The notes beneath the pieces were generated by a model. The model searched no databases. It saw only the letters and a program-made list of their open reading frames with translations, and had not been told where the DNA came from. The position numbers and the translations under genes were made by a program. Positions 12,740 through 25,972 of a stretch of 64,000 bases of DNA are shown in pieces (position 1 is the first letter of the stretch; every line of letters starts with the position of its first letter). This stretch comes from Octopus sinensis (lineage: Eukaryota), in assembly GCF_006345805.1 (NCBI RefSeq), contig NC_043000.1:121272001-121336000 (forward strand), in the 5' to 3' direction.

Positions 12740-13490
12740 GGAAGAACGATGCATACAGTTGAACATCTATGGGACTTCAGATGGTTGCTATAACCATTAT
12801 TAGAAGGAAATGCATGGCTATACGTTTTACACCTCCAGTATTTTATGTTCTTACTGAAGTTCTGATGACAGCTCCTCTGAAGTCAGCGCTTAATGTTTCA
12901 TGGTGAAGGCAATCCTCTTCAAAGATTTTACAACCTTTCATTTTATTGCTCCTTTATTCTGTCCCCAAAGCTTGTTTTCCCTGTTCCTTACACTGATTCG
13001 AAATGTCTTTAGGTTGCCTTTTATAGAATCCTAACTTCTTTGTGGTTTCAGTTGAGTAACCCTTTCAAGTGAAGAGCTAACTGTAGAACAGTCTGTTTGC
13101 AATCCTCTTATCTTCCATTGGCACAACACGGTCATCCCAACACATTTGAGCAGATATGGGCAGATATCATGAATGACTGGACGCCTGTTCATCCTGACTT
13201 TGAAATGGCTTATGTGTCACGTTTTTCCATTAGCAATTAATTTAAGATGTGTCTTAAATATCTTTGATGAAAGCATTCAAGCTGCTTGAGATGCCCGCAG
13301 TGTACTATCCATACTTCATAAACGTACAATGTAGGCTTCAGCACGCAACACTTATAAGCAGTAACTTTGGTCTTGTTGGTGATGCTAATTTTTGCTTGAC
13401 TCTCTTTTTAAGCTTCTCAAACGCTAGAGATGTCTTTGAATGCATTGATGTATTTCTCCTTATGACGATTGCATTCATTTTGAGTGGGTG
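12740..13490 (-). mobile_element. RTE-clade LINE 3' fragment, decayed
   Basis: Minus translation AQMCWDDRVVPMEDKRIANRLFYS resembles the RTE motif QLRWAGHVVRMED.RIPK.LFYS. It also gives AFEKLKKRV and a terminal GYSNHLKSH. Confidence 0.75.
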
Positions 13491-13644
13491 AGTTGAAAAT
13501 TTAACCTGAATATTTAGTATGAATGTATATGTATGTTTAGGTGTTTACACATAACCACGCAAACACACACACACATACATACATACATATGTATATATAA
13601 AATTAGAAAAAAAAAACAAATAATAATAATTATATATATATATA

Positions 13645-14071
13645 TTACTCTTTTACTCTTTTACTCTTTTACTTGTTTCAGTCATTTGACTGCGGCCATG
13701 CTGGAGCACCGCCTTTAATCGAGCAACTCGACCCCGGGACTTATTCTTTTTGTAAGCCCAGTACTTATTCTATCGGTCTCTTTTGCCGAACCGCTAATTA
13801 ACGGGGACATAAACACACCAGCATCGGCTGTCAAGCAATGCTAGGGAGACAAACACAGACACACAAACAAACACACATACATATATATATATACATATAC
13901 ATATATACGACAGGCTTCTTTCAGTTTCCGTCTACCAAATCCACTCACAAGGCTTTGGTCGGCCCGAGGCTATAGTACAAGACACTTGCCCAAGGTGCCA
14001 CGCAGTGGGACTGAACCCGGAACCATGTGGTTGGGAAACAAGCTACTTACCACACAGCCACTCCTGCGCCT
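13645..14071 (-). mobile_element. CORE-type tRNA SINE family B (octopus OR-like) with internal (CA)/(TA) microsatellite
   Basis: Minus head aggcgcaggagtggctgtgtggtaagtagc...ccgggttcagtccc, CORE-like ccttgggcaagtgtctt, and an (agtaaaag)n tail. Confidence 0.88.
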
Positions 14072-14175
14072 ATAAAGGCAAAGTTAACCGCGGCAGAACT
14101 TGAACTCAGATCGTGCTGACGGACAAAATGTCACTATGCATCTCTCCTCTCTCTCTCTCTCTCTCTATCTATATA

Positions 14176-14234
<59 letters not shown>

Positions 14235-14464
14235 AAGAAGTAGTCATGATAATGATAGAGTGTTATATAGTGTAGTTAACTTGATTTACCGTAAATATAG
14301 CGATTTGGGGAATCGATCCTGAGAAAAGAGTCAAGAAAAAATAATGTTCAAGTATAAGGGTTATGATTTTATCTTAGTGTCAGTTCATTCTAACTAATAC
14401 AATTATTTATTGGCAGTTAATAGTTTGATCTATGTTGAATCTTAAATGTGAGGCGATTAGTAAC

Positions 14465-14730
14465 TGATTAGTCCTCTGGGACCTCCGTCGGTTACAATGA
14501 CGAGGGTTCCAGCCTCCTCGACGAGGGTTCCGGAACAACCTGCTCGTGAAGTTAACGTGCAAGTGGCTGAGCACTCCACAGACACGTGTACCCTTAACGT
14601 TGTTCTCGCTGAGATTTGGTGTGACACAGAGTGTGACAAGGCTGGCCCTTTGAAATACAAGTATAACAAAAGCAGGAAGAAAGAGTGAGGGAAAGTTGTG
14701 GTGAAAGAATACAGCAAAGTTCGCCACCAA
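14465..14730. mobile_element. Joined SINE fragments
   Basis: 14600-14655 resembles 49990-50070. 14665-14730 is a diverged reverse complement of the SINE body at 26105-26165. Confidence 0.55.
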
Positions 14731-15027
14731 ATGCCTGAGCCTCTTGGATCATTAGGTGTATTCGGTCAGTAAATGCATATATTTTTTACTCACTCTAGTG
14801 CAGCACTGCTGATTGTTTAATAAAAGTGCTACATAATTTCAACAATATTTGCTTATATGAAATCAGCATAAATTTACCTAAATATCAACTTCTCACGATC
14901 ATTAACTAACAGTCAATTAAACCTTATGACTCCTTGTTAGACTCTAATATGTTACTTAGATTTGAATTCAATATGTTTGGGTGACTGTGTGTATTATATG
15001 GATGTATGTATGTATGTATGTATGTAT

Positions 15028-15260
15028 AAGGCGGTGAGCTCGCAGAAACGTTAGCACGCCGGACGAAATGCTTAGCGGTTATTCGTCTACCGTTACGTTG
15101 TGAGTTCAAATTCCGCCGAGGTCGACTTTGCTTTTCATCATTTCGGGGTCGATTAAATAAGTACCAGTTACGCACTGGAGTCGAGGTAATCGACTTAATC
15201 CGTTTGTCTGCCCTTGTTTGTCCCCTCTGTGTTTAGCCCCTTGTGGGTAGTAAAGAAATA
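15028..15260 (+). mobile_element. SINE family A, full length
   Basis: Runs from aaggcggtgagctcgcagaaacgttagcacg to gtaaagaaata with the conserved core. Confidence 0.92.
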
Positions 15261-16128
15261 TGTATGTATTTATGTACGTATGTATGTATGTATGTGTATG
15301 TATGTATGTATGTGTATGTATGTATGTATGTGTGTGTGTATGTGCGTGTTTCTGAGCGAGGATATGTATGCGTGTGTTTGTGTGTTTTTGCGTGTAGTAG
15401 TGTAATAGTAATCTAGAAACTAAAATTAGCTTTTTTTCAATTAAGAATCCTTTTGGAGTTTTATTTATGCCTTCGTAATGTTTAAATTTGTTCCCAAACA
15501 CACGATATTCGCTTAAGATTTAGTTATCTAATTATCATTCATATTGATATATTTTACTTTCCATATTTTCACTAAATTATTAGCTACAACCAGATGTAAT
15601 TAAATTTAATCGTAATTTATTAAGTGATATGCTACACATCATTGCGCTCGTAAAGACCATATAACATCACGCATTTTGGCGATCGAACTGAACATTAGAA
15701 ACAATGTTGCTTCTATTCTTGTTTAAATACTATACATGTCGCTGTCCTAAAATTATTTTTATTTCAGAGTCAGAAGTCTCAGGTACTTCAATTTTCAAAT
15801 ACCGAATGTATATTATCTCTTCATAAAAATTGCAAGCCTGCTACTATAAGACATTCTGTTCAGTGTAAGAGATTTTGAATTGATGATTGTGCAGATATTG
15901 TTTTGCAGTGTTCAAACCAACATTTTCTGCTTGAGATGATAGCAACATTAAGGTACTCAGCTGTTCATTGTTCTAAAACTTGCATTTCTGAAATAAGGTC
16001 TGCATACTTGACGAATTCTTCATGAATTTCCAGAAATTCTAAGGTCCATTTTGATAAATCTAACATGCAATATACACGCACACGCACAGAGACATACAGA
16101 CGCATATGTATATATGTATATATGTATC

Positions 16129-16168
<40 letters not shown>

Positions 16169-16180
16169 CACGTATATACA

Positions 16181-16275
<95 letters not shown>

Positions 16276-16324
16276 TATATGTATACCCCCCCTACACACA
16301 CATATATATATATGTTTGTATATC

Positions 16325-16500
16325 TGCGTTTGTCTCCCCGAAATGGCTTGATATTGGCGTGTTTACTACCCCGTAGAATTAGCGGTTCCGCTAGAAATAA
16401 GAACTAGGCTTACAAAACAAATAAATTCTTTAGGTCGATTTGCTCGACTAAAGGCGGTGCTCCAGCATGACCACAGTCAAATGACTGAAACAAGTAAATG
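16325..16500 (+). mobile_element. SINE family B 3' fragment
   Basis: gtcgatttgctcgactaaaggcggtgctccagcatgaccacagtcaaatgactgaaacaagtaa matches the family B tail. Confidence 0.75.
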
Positions 16501-17119
16501 AAACCAACGAATACCCGACTGTCCCTACATTCAAGAACACACGAACACACACGCACACAATTACAAACACCAACACACTCGCTCACAAATACACACACAC
16601 AAAGCCACATGTACGCACCCACATACATGCATTGAACAACATACTGCATATAAGCAAAAATGCACTTCATAATTTCTTAATAATCAATGACAAGAGAAAA
16701 ATAACGGCATGACACTGATTATATAAGTCGGTAAAAGCACATGTCGACCGGTGCTAATATTTTATGTTTTCGTCGATATATGGAAACGGTTGAAAGCCAG
16801 AAACTTACAAGAGACAATGTATACTTCCATTCAATAATTCTCAATGAAATGACGATATGGAAACAAAAAATACCTGGATTTAAGCTGATTGATTTTACTG
16901 TCGCAACATAATTCATATATTGAACAGTCAATTCGATTTTCTTCTCTTATGCTATAGTGCAATGCTGCCATTGCACTTCCAAATATTGTTCTTTTGATTG
17001 TGTTTCATTTTTGCATTATTGACCGGTTTGTGTACGAGTATTCGAGTTTGGTTAGAAGCTAGCTGACTTCTACGTTTCATTGTTCTCCCTAAAAATTCCG
17101 GAAATAACAACAGCGACAG

Positions 17120-17130
17120 CAAAAAACAAC

Positions 17131-17188
<58 letters not shown>

Positions 17189-17292
17189 TTAATAATAATA
17201 ATAATAATAATATTAATAATAATAATAATAATAATATTAATAATAATAATAATAATAATAATAGTAATAATAACGGCAACAATAACGATAGA

Positions 17293-17351
<59 letters not shown>

Positions 17352-17555
17352 CGACAACAACAATAATAGTAATAATAATAGTTATAATTATAATAATAAT
17401 TATAATAATAATAATAGTAATAATTATAATAATAATAATAGTAATAATTATAATTATAATAATAGTAATAATTATAATAACAATAAATATAATAATAATA
17501 TCAACAACAACGATAGCAATGATAATGGTGAGCATGATTATGATGCTACTAGTAT

Positions 17556-17593
<38 letters not shown>

Positions 17594-17608
17594 GTCGTAG
17601 TTGTTGTA

Positions 17609-17688
<80 letters not shown>

Positions 17689-17715
17689 TAATAATAATAA
17701 TAATAATGATAATAA
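17120..17715. repeat. Compound (AAT)n/(ACT)n microsatellite
   Basis: Visible trinucleotide arrays; the poly-N and poly-I ORFs are artefacts of them. Confidence 0.95.
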
Positions 17716-18379
17716 TCTGATTACTTTATTTGCAACCGTATTCATTAATACAAAATATGTAACAAAGCGGTTACACATGTGTGGGGATGTACATACGTGG
17801 TCATATGAAATGTGAGATTAGGTCTCAATTGGTTTACGGTATGTTAAATCTTTAAAATTTGGTAAATACAAATATGCGAAATAAACATACACATAGATAA
17901 GATAAAATAGTACCAATAACAATAAATAAGAGGAATTCGCCCGTTCAGGTGCGAGAATGTGGCATCGCGGTTGGTTTTGGATACATCACTACTAAGACTA
18001 CCCATGGCTACTTCTATTGGAGTCATCTGTTCTTACAGAACATGAAAAGCATAAAAGAGGGGGAAGGAAAATAAAATCGAATGAAAAACGAAAGTTTGAA
18101 AAAATGAAGAATCGTATGGCGACTACTCGAGTCCCACTCCTCAGCAGTCACATTGAACCTTTAATTACTCATAATGCTCCAAAATCGATCAAACCCCGTA
18201 CTTCATGATGTCGTTCTACTGCACTTCAGGAGGCACTGCATCTATATCCACATCTTTGCATACATCCGCTCTGTCTGGCGCGAATTTTTGTTTTAGTCTT
18301 TTGAAATCACTTTCATCCGCCAGCACACATATTTACCTTTACGGTAGACTTTGATTTTTTAAATTTCTCTCACTTGTTT

Positions 18380-18920
18380 GCTATTTCTGGAATCGTGCAT
18401 CAAGGTTAGTTTCTTTTTTTCTTTGGGGCGGTTCTTGGGGGATTTGATAAATTGTCGTGTTTGCATGTGTTTCTGTGGCAGCAGGGTTAGGATTATTGGC
18501 AGTTGGGACGAGAAGTGGATTGGTGTCTGCATTCGGAGGAGTATGTAAAGCGGGATTTAAAGGGACTGGAGCAGGGGATAGGTGGGAACTGGAGTCCTTC
18601 GGTGTGAACCTTTCCTCTTTCCTCTTTTTCCACCTGTCACCGTCGACCAATCGCTGTTCTCTGTCTCTTGTGACTCTACCTTTTCTGTTCCTTCATTCAA
18701 TGGAGTGTGTGTACCTTTTCGCCGGAACCAACTAGTGGTGTTACTGCTGGTAATGTAGGGCGGTCTACTATAATTTGGCCTTTCTGACCATTGCGGCTAC
18801 CAGCCCTCCACTAACACTGTCAAATTTTTGTCCTAGCCTATCCAAATGGTGTCACTTCAGGTGAGGCCCGGATGGTCACTTCAATCGCTTGCCCCTTGCC
18901 AATTACGTTTCTCACAACTC
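18380..18920 (-). mobile_element. Decayed gag/ORF1-like retroelement relic
   Basis: Minus translation has NGQKGQIIVDRP (possible eroded CCHC knuckle, cf. CGQKGH....CP) and WSTVTGGKRGKRK, similar in style to FTLVERKRRR near 6780. Confidence 0.35.
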
Positions 18921-20445
18921 TAAAGATTTATATTTAACCACCTCCTCCAAACTTTCTTCTTTTTTACTGATATCATAATCGTTCCTAAAGTAAAAGCACA
19001 AGGCCACAAATAGGATGAGGTTATCATTGAAACTAATACGTGAATTCGAACATTATTTTATCGACTTGAGAAGAATGAAGAATGAACTCGGGACATATAG
19101 AGTTGTAATATGGCAAAATAGTTCTTTACCGACCACTTAACGATTCCGCCAATCCGGTACCACTTTTTTTTTTTACTGCTATATAACTTATCATTTTTGT
19201 TTGCGCTTCAAAACTCGTAAAATTCGATAATACTATTATGTTATTTTACATGGTTTAAAAAATCAGACGTAATTCTAATTTATATTAAAAAAATAAGCTA
19301 CTTACAAGAAAAGAATTATTTATATAATGCGCCGAATAGAATGATAAACAATTATATAAACTGAAACTTCTTTCACAAATTGTATTTGAAAGGACGATTT
19401 CGTAAAAAGATTGAATTAATCTGGGGTGTGATATACATCAGTTTTATTGGATATCATTTGTCTGTAGTTATTTAATTGATAAAATATTCTGTAAAGTTTC
19501 ATGAATTTCGAGACACATTGCTTTTGAATATTTTGTTAGTCGCTTTGCTACTGATGTAAAAAAAAACACAAAAAAATATCTTCATTAATCTAAACATCAA
19601 ATTATTTGGAATAACACAAAAAGCAATACTTCAATAAGAAACAACAAAATGTTTAAAAAAAAAATTCTATGCAAGATTTTAAGATTTATTCTTTATTTAA
19701 TTTTGTTCCTTCCAGCTTCATTGGCAGAAAACAGATTTAGAATAAGATTTTTTTTTATTATTATTTAAACTTGATTCAGCCATTTATTTAAAGTCTTATT
19801 TATATTCTTAATTTATTATATTGTACATATATATTTTTTATATCATTATATTTACACATACATTACTTTTTTCTTCTTTTCTCCTGCCGTAATTTATTTT
19901 AACTAAATTCAACGACGCTTTGTGACACGTTATAAAAAAAATAGAAAAAAACTTCAGAAGAAATGGAATAGTTTTAGATTTATTAATCTTTACGTAGGAA
20001 TAATTTTGTCATTAAGATTTGTTATAAGCAGAGAAGAAAAACAAGCTGCAAACACACAGAAACACACAATAAACCCCCACCGAACACATACATATCTATG
20101 TATGTGCGTGTATGTTTTTATTCATGTTTGTAATATGCATACATACATGCATACACATATATGTATGTGAGTGTGTCATTGCTAGTGTTGCGAAGAGTCA
20201 TACTCGATTAATGAGTCAACAACCGTAATATATATATATTATATATATATATAAAATATTATTCGAGACAAAACCACTATTTTGCAAAACATATATGTAT
20301 ATATATATATATTATATTATATATATATATATTATATATATATATATATATCTATATGCGTGTGTGTGTTGTGTATGTATATATGTGCATATATGCATAT
20401 ATAAGTATATATATATGTATATATATATTTAAGTATATATATAGA

Positions 20446-20501
<56 letters not shown>

Positions 20502-21203
20502 TATATATATATGTACCTGTATTCATATATGTATTTCAATGCTAGCTGCTTATACAAAGCAAAATTGACATAAGCCCGTATATTTTGTAATGGAACAGCC
20601 ATTGGTATTTACAGACATGTGTATGTGTGTGTATGTGTGTGTGTGGCGGCATATGTATATGTATAGTACGAATTAATTGTAATTAAATAAATTATCTGTT
20701 TTCTGGTGTTGATTTTTGAAGAATAAATGAGATGAGAACCATCTAGACCCACACATTTAGATACCGACATGAAAACAGCCATACCAACATTCTCAGATAA
20801 TTAGAGGACCACGTACACAGGAAAATAGCGATAAATCGCCTGTCGAATTAAGCAATTACCATTAATAATACGAGAGAAAGGTAACACATACATATAATTA
20901 TATATATAGACACACACGCACACACACATATATATATCTATATGCGTGTGTGTGTTTGTGTATGTATATATGTGCATATATGCATATATAAGTATATATA
21001 TATGTATATATATATTTAAGTATATATATAGATACATATATATATTACGAAGTTTGGTGCCAGCCCCTCCAGTATCTTCCATATATCACTGCGTACCTTT
21101 CCCATCTTCGCTCTAGAGTAGAGTCGTAGATCTTTACACAAACCACAAACTAACACAAACTTAAACTTACATACACACACACACACAAATATATGTGTAT
21201 ATA

Positions 21204-21590
21204 AAGAGGTACGACTCTACTATCTGAAGCGAAGGCGGGAGAGGTAGGCAGTGATATATGTATGGAATATACAGGAGAACTGGCACCAAACATTAAAATT
21301 AATAGCTATAATAGACCTCGAAATGAATGTCACTGCACTTTTCCGAATGTCGCATCTGTCTTATCTAGTGTGAGGAACATGTACAGCAATAGCTTGGGAT
21401 CCAAAGGCCTACAGGTATTTAACGCCTTGCCAAAATATCTCTGGGGTGTCTATGGAGTAAGAATAGATATTTTTCAGAAACAACTTGATCTCTTACTATC
21501 CAAGATCCCAGATTAACCAATATCAATGCGGGAAATTCAAAATAGGGCATCGATAGCGAACTCCCTCCTTCACCAGAAGCAGAATCCATA
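21204..21590 (+). mobile_element. CR1-clade LINE 3' fragment
   Basis: NSLGSKGLQVFNALPKYLWGVYGVRIDIFQKQLDLLLSKIPD parallels the C-terminal part of the 280-1790 element. A diverged inverted copy of its 5' part lies at 21052-21134. Confidence 0.75.
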
Positions 21591-21667
21591 TATATATGAC
21601 CTCGTGTGTACCGTTGGCGATTTTTTTTCCCTCTGTCTTCCCTTCTCTGGATCTTTCCTTCTCCTAT

Positions 21668-21702
21668 GCTTCCGACGAAGAGCTCCGCTCGAAAAGTTAA
21701 AC
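21668..21702 (+). ncRNA. Hammerhead-like motif with altered core (CCGACGA)
   Basis: GCTT-CCGACGA-A-GAGC(TCC)GCTC-GAAAAGT-T-AAAC. The layout matches PLE minimal HHRs, but U4 is C, stem III is broken and N17 is U. Confidence 0.4.
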
Positions 21703-21789
21703 CCTGCTTCTTTCCTGAGCGTCCAATAATACTATATATGTTCCACGTCCTCGCGTCGTTGTGTTTTTTTTGTGTTTTCTTGTTTGGAT

Positions 21790-21845
<56 letters not shown>

Positions 21846-22469
21846 ATATATATAAACATACATTTATATTCACATATACATACATACACATAAGCATATA
21901 TATATACATACACATGCGGGTGTGCTTGTGTGTAATAGTGTAAACTGTGGAAATTATAATTGATAAATTTGTTCATCGAGGAAACGACTGTTGAATAAGT
22001 ATCGTATTACCGAAATCTCACCCCTTTCATTCCATCCGCTCTTCCATCATAACCTTAAAACGATTCTCCCATGATTACTCTCAGTCTTATAATTGACTTC
22101 ATATTTAATATCACCGATAACAGAGGCATGCATGTATTTATCTGCTTCTGTATGGACATATGTTTGTATACACACATGGAACTGTAGTAAAGAGCAAACG
22201 AAAAAATATCGGTAAGTTTCTGTACTTTTCTGGTTTACTAGATTGAACCGAGACTCAAGTGTACTTCTTGTGTATCTAGTTAATCAAGATAATATATTTC
22301 CAGCTCGGCTTGCTTTCAAAGAGATCGATGTGTGTAATGTGGGACTAATATTTGTAAATAAGTTATATTCTGAAATTTTGTAAAACGAATCCAAATGTAA
22401 AGACACCCAAATCACTTATATTTTGTATATTAAATGCTACAACATAACAAACGCTGCATGATCTTTTAC

Positions 22470-22670
22470 GCTTTTTTACTTGTGTCAGTCATGTGACCGC
22501 GGCCATGCTGGAGCACCGCCTTTAGTCGAGCAAATCGACCTAAGGATCTTTTTCTTGTAAGCTTAGTACTTATTCTATCGGTCTTTTTTGTCGATCCGCT
22601 ACTTTTACTGGGACGTAAACACACCAGCATCGGTTGTCAAGCGATGTTGGGGGTACTAACACAGACATAC
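22470..22670 (-). mobile_element. SINE family B, tail-side half (continues at 25045-25165)
   Basis: gcggccatgctggagcaccgcctttagtcgagc...cggttgtcaagcgatg ends in the internal microsatellite. Confidence 0.8.
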
Positions 22671-22690
22671 AAGCATATGCACATACATAC

Positions 22691-22737
<47 letters not shown>

Positions 22738-22811
22738 ATATATTATATATATATACATATATATATATATATAATATATATATATATATATAACATATAT
22801 ATATATAGAGA

Positions 22812-24766
22812 GTTAGGAAGATGTACAAATCTAACCAAACTACTCTCGCCGCCCATATCTGGCACCTTATAAGGAACTCCATCCCCTTGAAGATCAGGTG
22901 GAGACTATTCCAGAGAGCGCGTTCTTACACGCGAGGCCATACTTGCTGTGACCTTTGCATTTCTGAGAGCTTGGAGATCTTATTCGCCAAAGGCCCTCTC
23001 CGTAACAAGATCTCGGAACACTTCCCAAACTGTATGCACAAAATCTATGCAAACTACAAAAATTACAGACCCACCCGGCCACACGATTGACGACACCCCA
23101 CCCACAAACCCCACCTACCACCCCTGTCCCCCCACTATACCACCGTTCCTTCATCACCCCCAATTACCTTCTCTCCTAAGACTATATACATATATATATA
23201 TACATATGTATATATGCACATATATGTATATATGTGCATATATATGTATGTGTGCATATGTATATGTACATACGTATGTGTATGCGTGTATATGTGTGTA
23301 TGTGTATATATGTGCATATGTATGTATACGCGTGTATATATGTATATATATATATATACATATATGTATATATATACATATGTTTGTATGTGTGTGTATG
23401 TATTTATGTATGTATGTGTGTACATGTGTATATATTTATATGTACCTATATGCATATGTATAAGTTTATGTATGTTTATATATGCATATATGTGTGTGTG
23501 TGTATGTGTATGTATGTGTATATGCATGCATATATTTATGTATGCGTTTGTATATTTATATATACATGTGTATTCGTATATAAATGTATGTGTGTATGCA
23601 TGTATATTTGTGTATGGATGTATGTATATATATATATGGACATGTAGATTTATGTATGGGTATATATATGTGCATATGTGTAGATATGTTTATGTATGTA
23701 CGTGATTGTATGTGTATGTATGTGCATGTATGTATATGTGTGTGTATGTATGTATATGCATGTGTGTATTTATATATGCATATATGTATTTATATGCGTA
23801 TATATACTTATGTATGCGTATATATGTTTATATACAAATATGTTTTATATGTGCATATGTGTTTATATATGCGTGTATATATTTATGTGTGTGTTTGTGT
23901 GTACATATGTATATTTATGTATGTGTTTATATATGCATAATTATGTATATGTTTATACGTACGTAGGTATATTTATGTTTGTATACTTATGTGTATTTGT
24001 ATATATATATATATATATATATAGATATATATATATGAGCGTGTGTGTGTGTATGTAGGTGTATGTATGTATATGTATATGTATGTATATGTGTATATAT
24101 ATATATATATATGTGTATATGTATATACGTGTACGTATATATATATCTATGTGTGTATGTATATATATATATATATGTATATATATGTATATGTATGTAT
24201 GTGTATGTATGTATATATATGTATGTATGTATGTATACATATGTATATTCGCATGTGTGTGTATGTATGTGTGTTTGTATGTATATTTATTTTATATGGT
24301 TTTTCATGTATATTTATCTATTTATTTCCTCCACCTAACAATAACAAACTGCCTACCTCTTCTTGACCACCAAAAAGCAATTGTCTTCTAATTTACCTAA
24401 AAATCCCACCCCATATATCTGTTTCTATTCATTTATTCTATTTATTCATTTATTTATTTTCTCACTGATTCTTCTCATTTCAAAAAACACTCTGGCCTTT
24501 TGACCACTCCCCTAAGAACAATAGCTTGTGCCCTGTTTATCTCCTAAATACTAACCTATCCCCAAAAACGTCCCCCACCAACACTCCATTAAATCTGCCT
24601 AAATGCATAAATACCAGAACTTATTTTAACAGCCAGCTTCCTGAAGATTTCATCTGAATGAAACAGTTCTAGTCCTGTAGAAGCTCCTTCTATAAAATAA
24701 ATTACTTTACTCTGCTATGTATTGAGTACCTTATTTACTGTGGTTAACCCCGACTCAACCCGGGAC

Positions 24767-24770
<4 letters not shown>
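22812..24770 (+). mobile_element. Penelope-like element 3' fragment (GIY-YIG endonuclease C-terminus, 3' UTR with HHR)
   Basis: ORF 22821-23090 (TTLAAHIWHL...IRWRLFQRARSY...CCDLCISESLEI...RNKISEHFPNCMH) resembles the PLE C-terminal C..LC..EK..I...LNKR.E...C.H pattern. An HHR follows in the same orientation, and ~1.1 kb of microsatellite interrupts at 23185-24300. Confidence 0.8.
24635..24685 (+). ncRNA. Type I hammerhead ribozyme (canonical core)
   Basis: AGCTTC-CTGAAGA-T TTC(ATCT)GAA T-GAAA-CAG(TTCTAGTC)CTG-T-A-GAAGCT. Stem I is 6 bp, stem III is 3 bp and the site is GUA. The 10.1/11.1 position is a U-U mismatch. Confidence 0.82.
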
Positions 24771-24845
<75 letters not shown>

Positions 24846-25004
24846 TAAGAAAGTTGGTTTGTGAAAGCACGTGGTTGAATATATAGAAAATAGTAAAAAG
24901 TGAAAAAACTACAGAAGGCTTAAAGGTTAAAAAATATATATATTTGCGTCAATATGTCTGAAGAATATTAAAAAATGTTTTTTCCTTACAATGACATAAT
25001 TTAG

Positions 25005-25043
25005 AAGAAAGACCGGTTTCGCGTTTAGCTTTTCAAATTTCTT
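25005..25043 (-). ncRNA. Minimal hammerhead, C3U/G8A variant, palindromic stem III
   Basis: Minus: AAGAAA-T-TTGAAAA-GC(TAAAC)GC-GAAA-CCGG-T-C-TTTCTT. Stem I is 6 bp with one extra U before the core. Palindrome ACCGGT, GUC site. Confidence 0.65.
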
Positions 25044-25044
25044 G

Positions 25045-25165
25045 ACGACGGTCTTCTTTTCAGTTTCCGTCAACCAAATTGACTCACAAGGCTTTGGTCG
25101 GCCCGACGCTATAGCAGAAGACACTTGTCCAAGGTGCCACGCATTGCGACTGAAACTCACATTTT
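25045..25165 (-). mobile_element. SINE family B, head-side half
   Basis: cagtttccgtcaaccaaattgactcacaaggctttggtcggcccgacgctatagcagaagacacttgtccaaggtgccacgc. Confidence 0.8.
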
Positions 25166-25972
25166 GGTTACAGCCTTCAAGTACTAAGTACGTCAGCAAT
25201 GTATAACTAATCTAAAGATAAAAAGTACCATGTTTAGAATAATTTCTTATACTGACATATTTTATATAACCAAGGCCAAACTATTGAATAAGTATTGTTT
25301 TACCGAAATCTCACCACTTTCATCTCTTCCACTCTTCTACCATAACCTTAAAAAGATTCTCTTACAATCGACTTCATTTTTAATTTCACCGACAACAGAG
25401 GCATGATGAGAACCATGATGAACATTATCAACAAATCAACCAACGTAGTTATGCCATAATAAGTCTGATAGTGAAACAATAATATCAATTTGAATGCTTC
25501 ATAGATATTAATACAGCAGTATTACCATGGCGCATTTCGTTATTATTGATACTTAGTATCTGATGAATGTTAGTAATACAGTAACACCTCACCATATCGC
25601 GGTTTATTACTTAAGCTTACGTCGATTCGTCAGTGGTGTTGTTTGCTTTTATAATAAAAATAATGTATACAAATTATAAAAATTTAAAAAAGTATGTACA
25701 TTATAGTACTGCTTGTACTTCATGGATTTTCGCCTCTCGATGGTTGTTTTGGAACATCACACGTACGATAGTCGAGGGATTATTGTATTTTTAGTGACTT
25801 TATTCAGAAAGTTACTGTGTTTGCTTCACACTAAAGCAGAGTTCTTTAGCACGCTAGTCTAAATGCTTAGAGTTATTTCTTCCATCTTCTCTATCTGGAC
25901 TTCTGCCTAATTTGAAACCATTCTTGTTTTTGTTCTGCTTCTGCTTCTTTTAATGATACCTAATTAATACTT

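Noticed and set aside
15768-15954. Possible microexons (15768-15782 and ~15911-15954) with AG/GT boundaries
   Set aside because: The donors are weak (gtactt, gtactc) and such matches are expected by chance in AT-rich DNA.
17080-17815. Long poly-Asn/Ile/Leu ORFs (also the YI/CV-rich ORFs throughout)
   Set aside because: They are translations of microsatellites with no coding evidence.
20341-21045. ~100-bp direct duplication of a degenerate TA/TG tract (near 20345 and 20935)
   Set aside because: Low-complexity local duplication with no sign of function.
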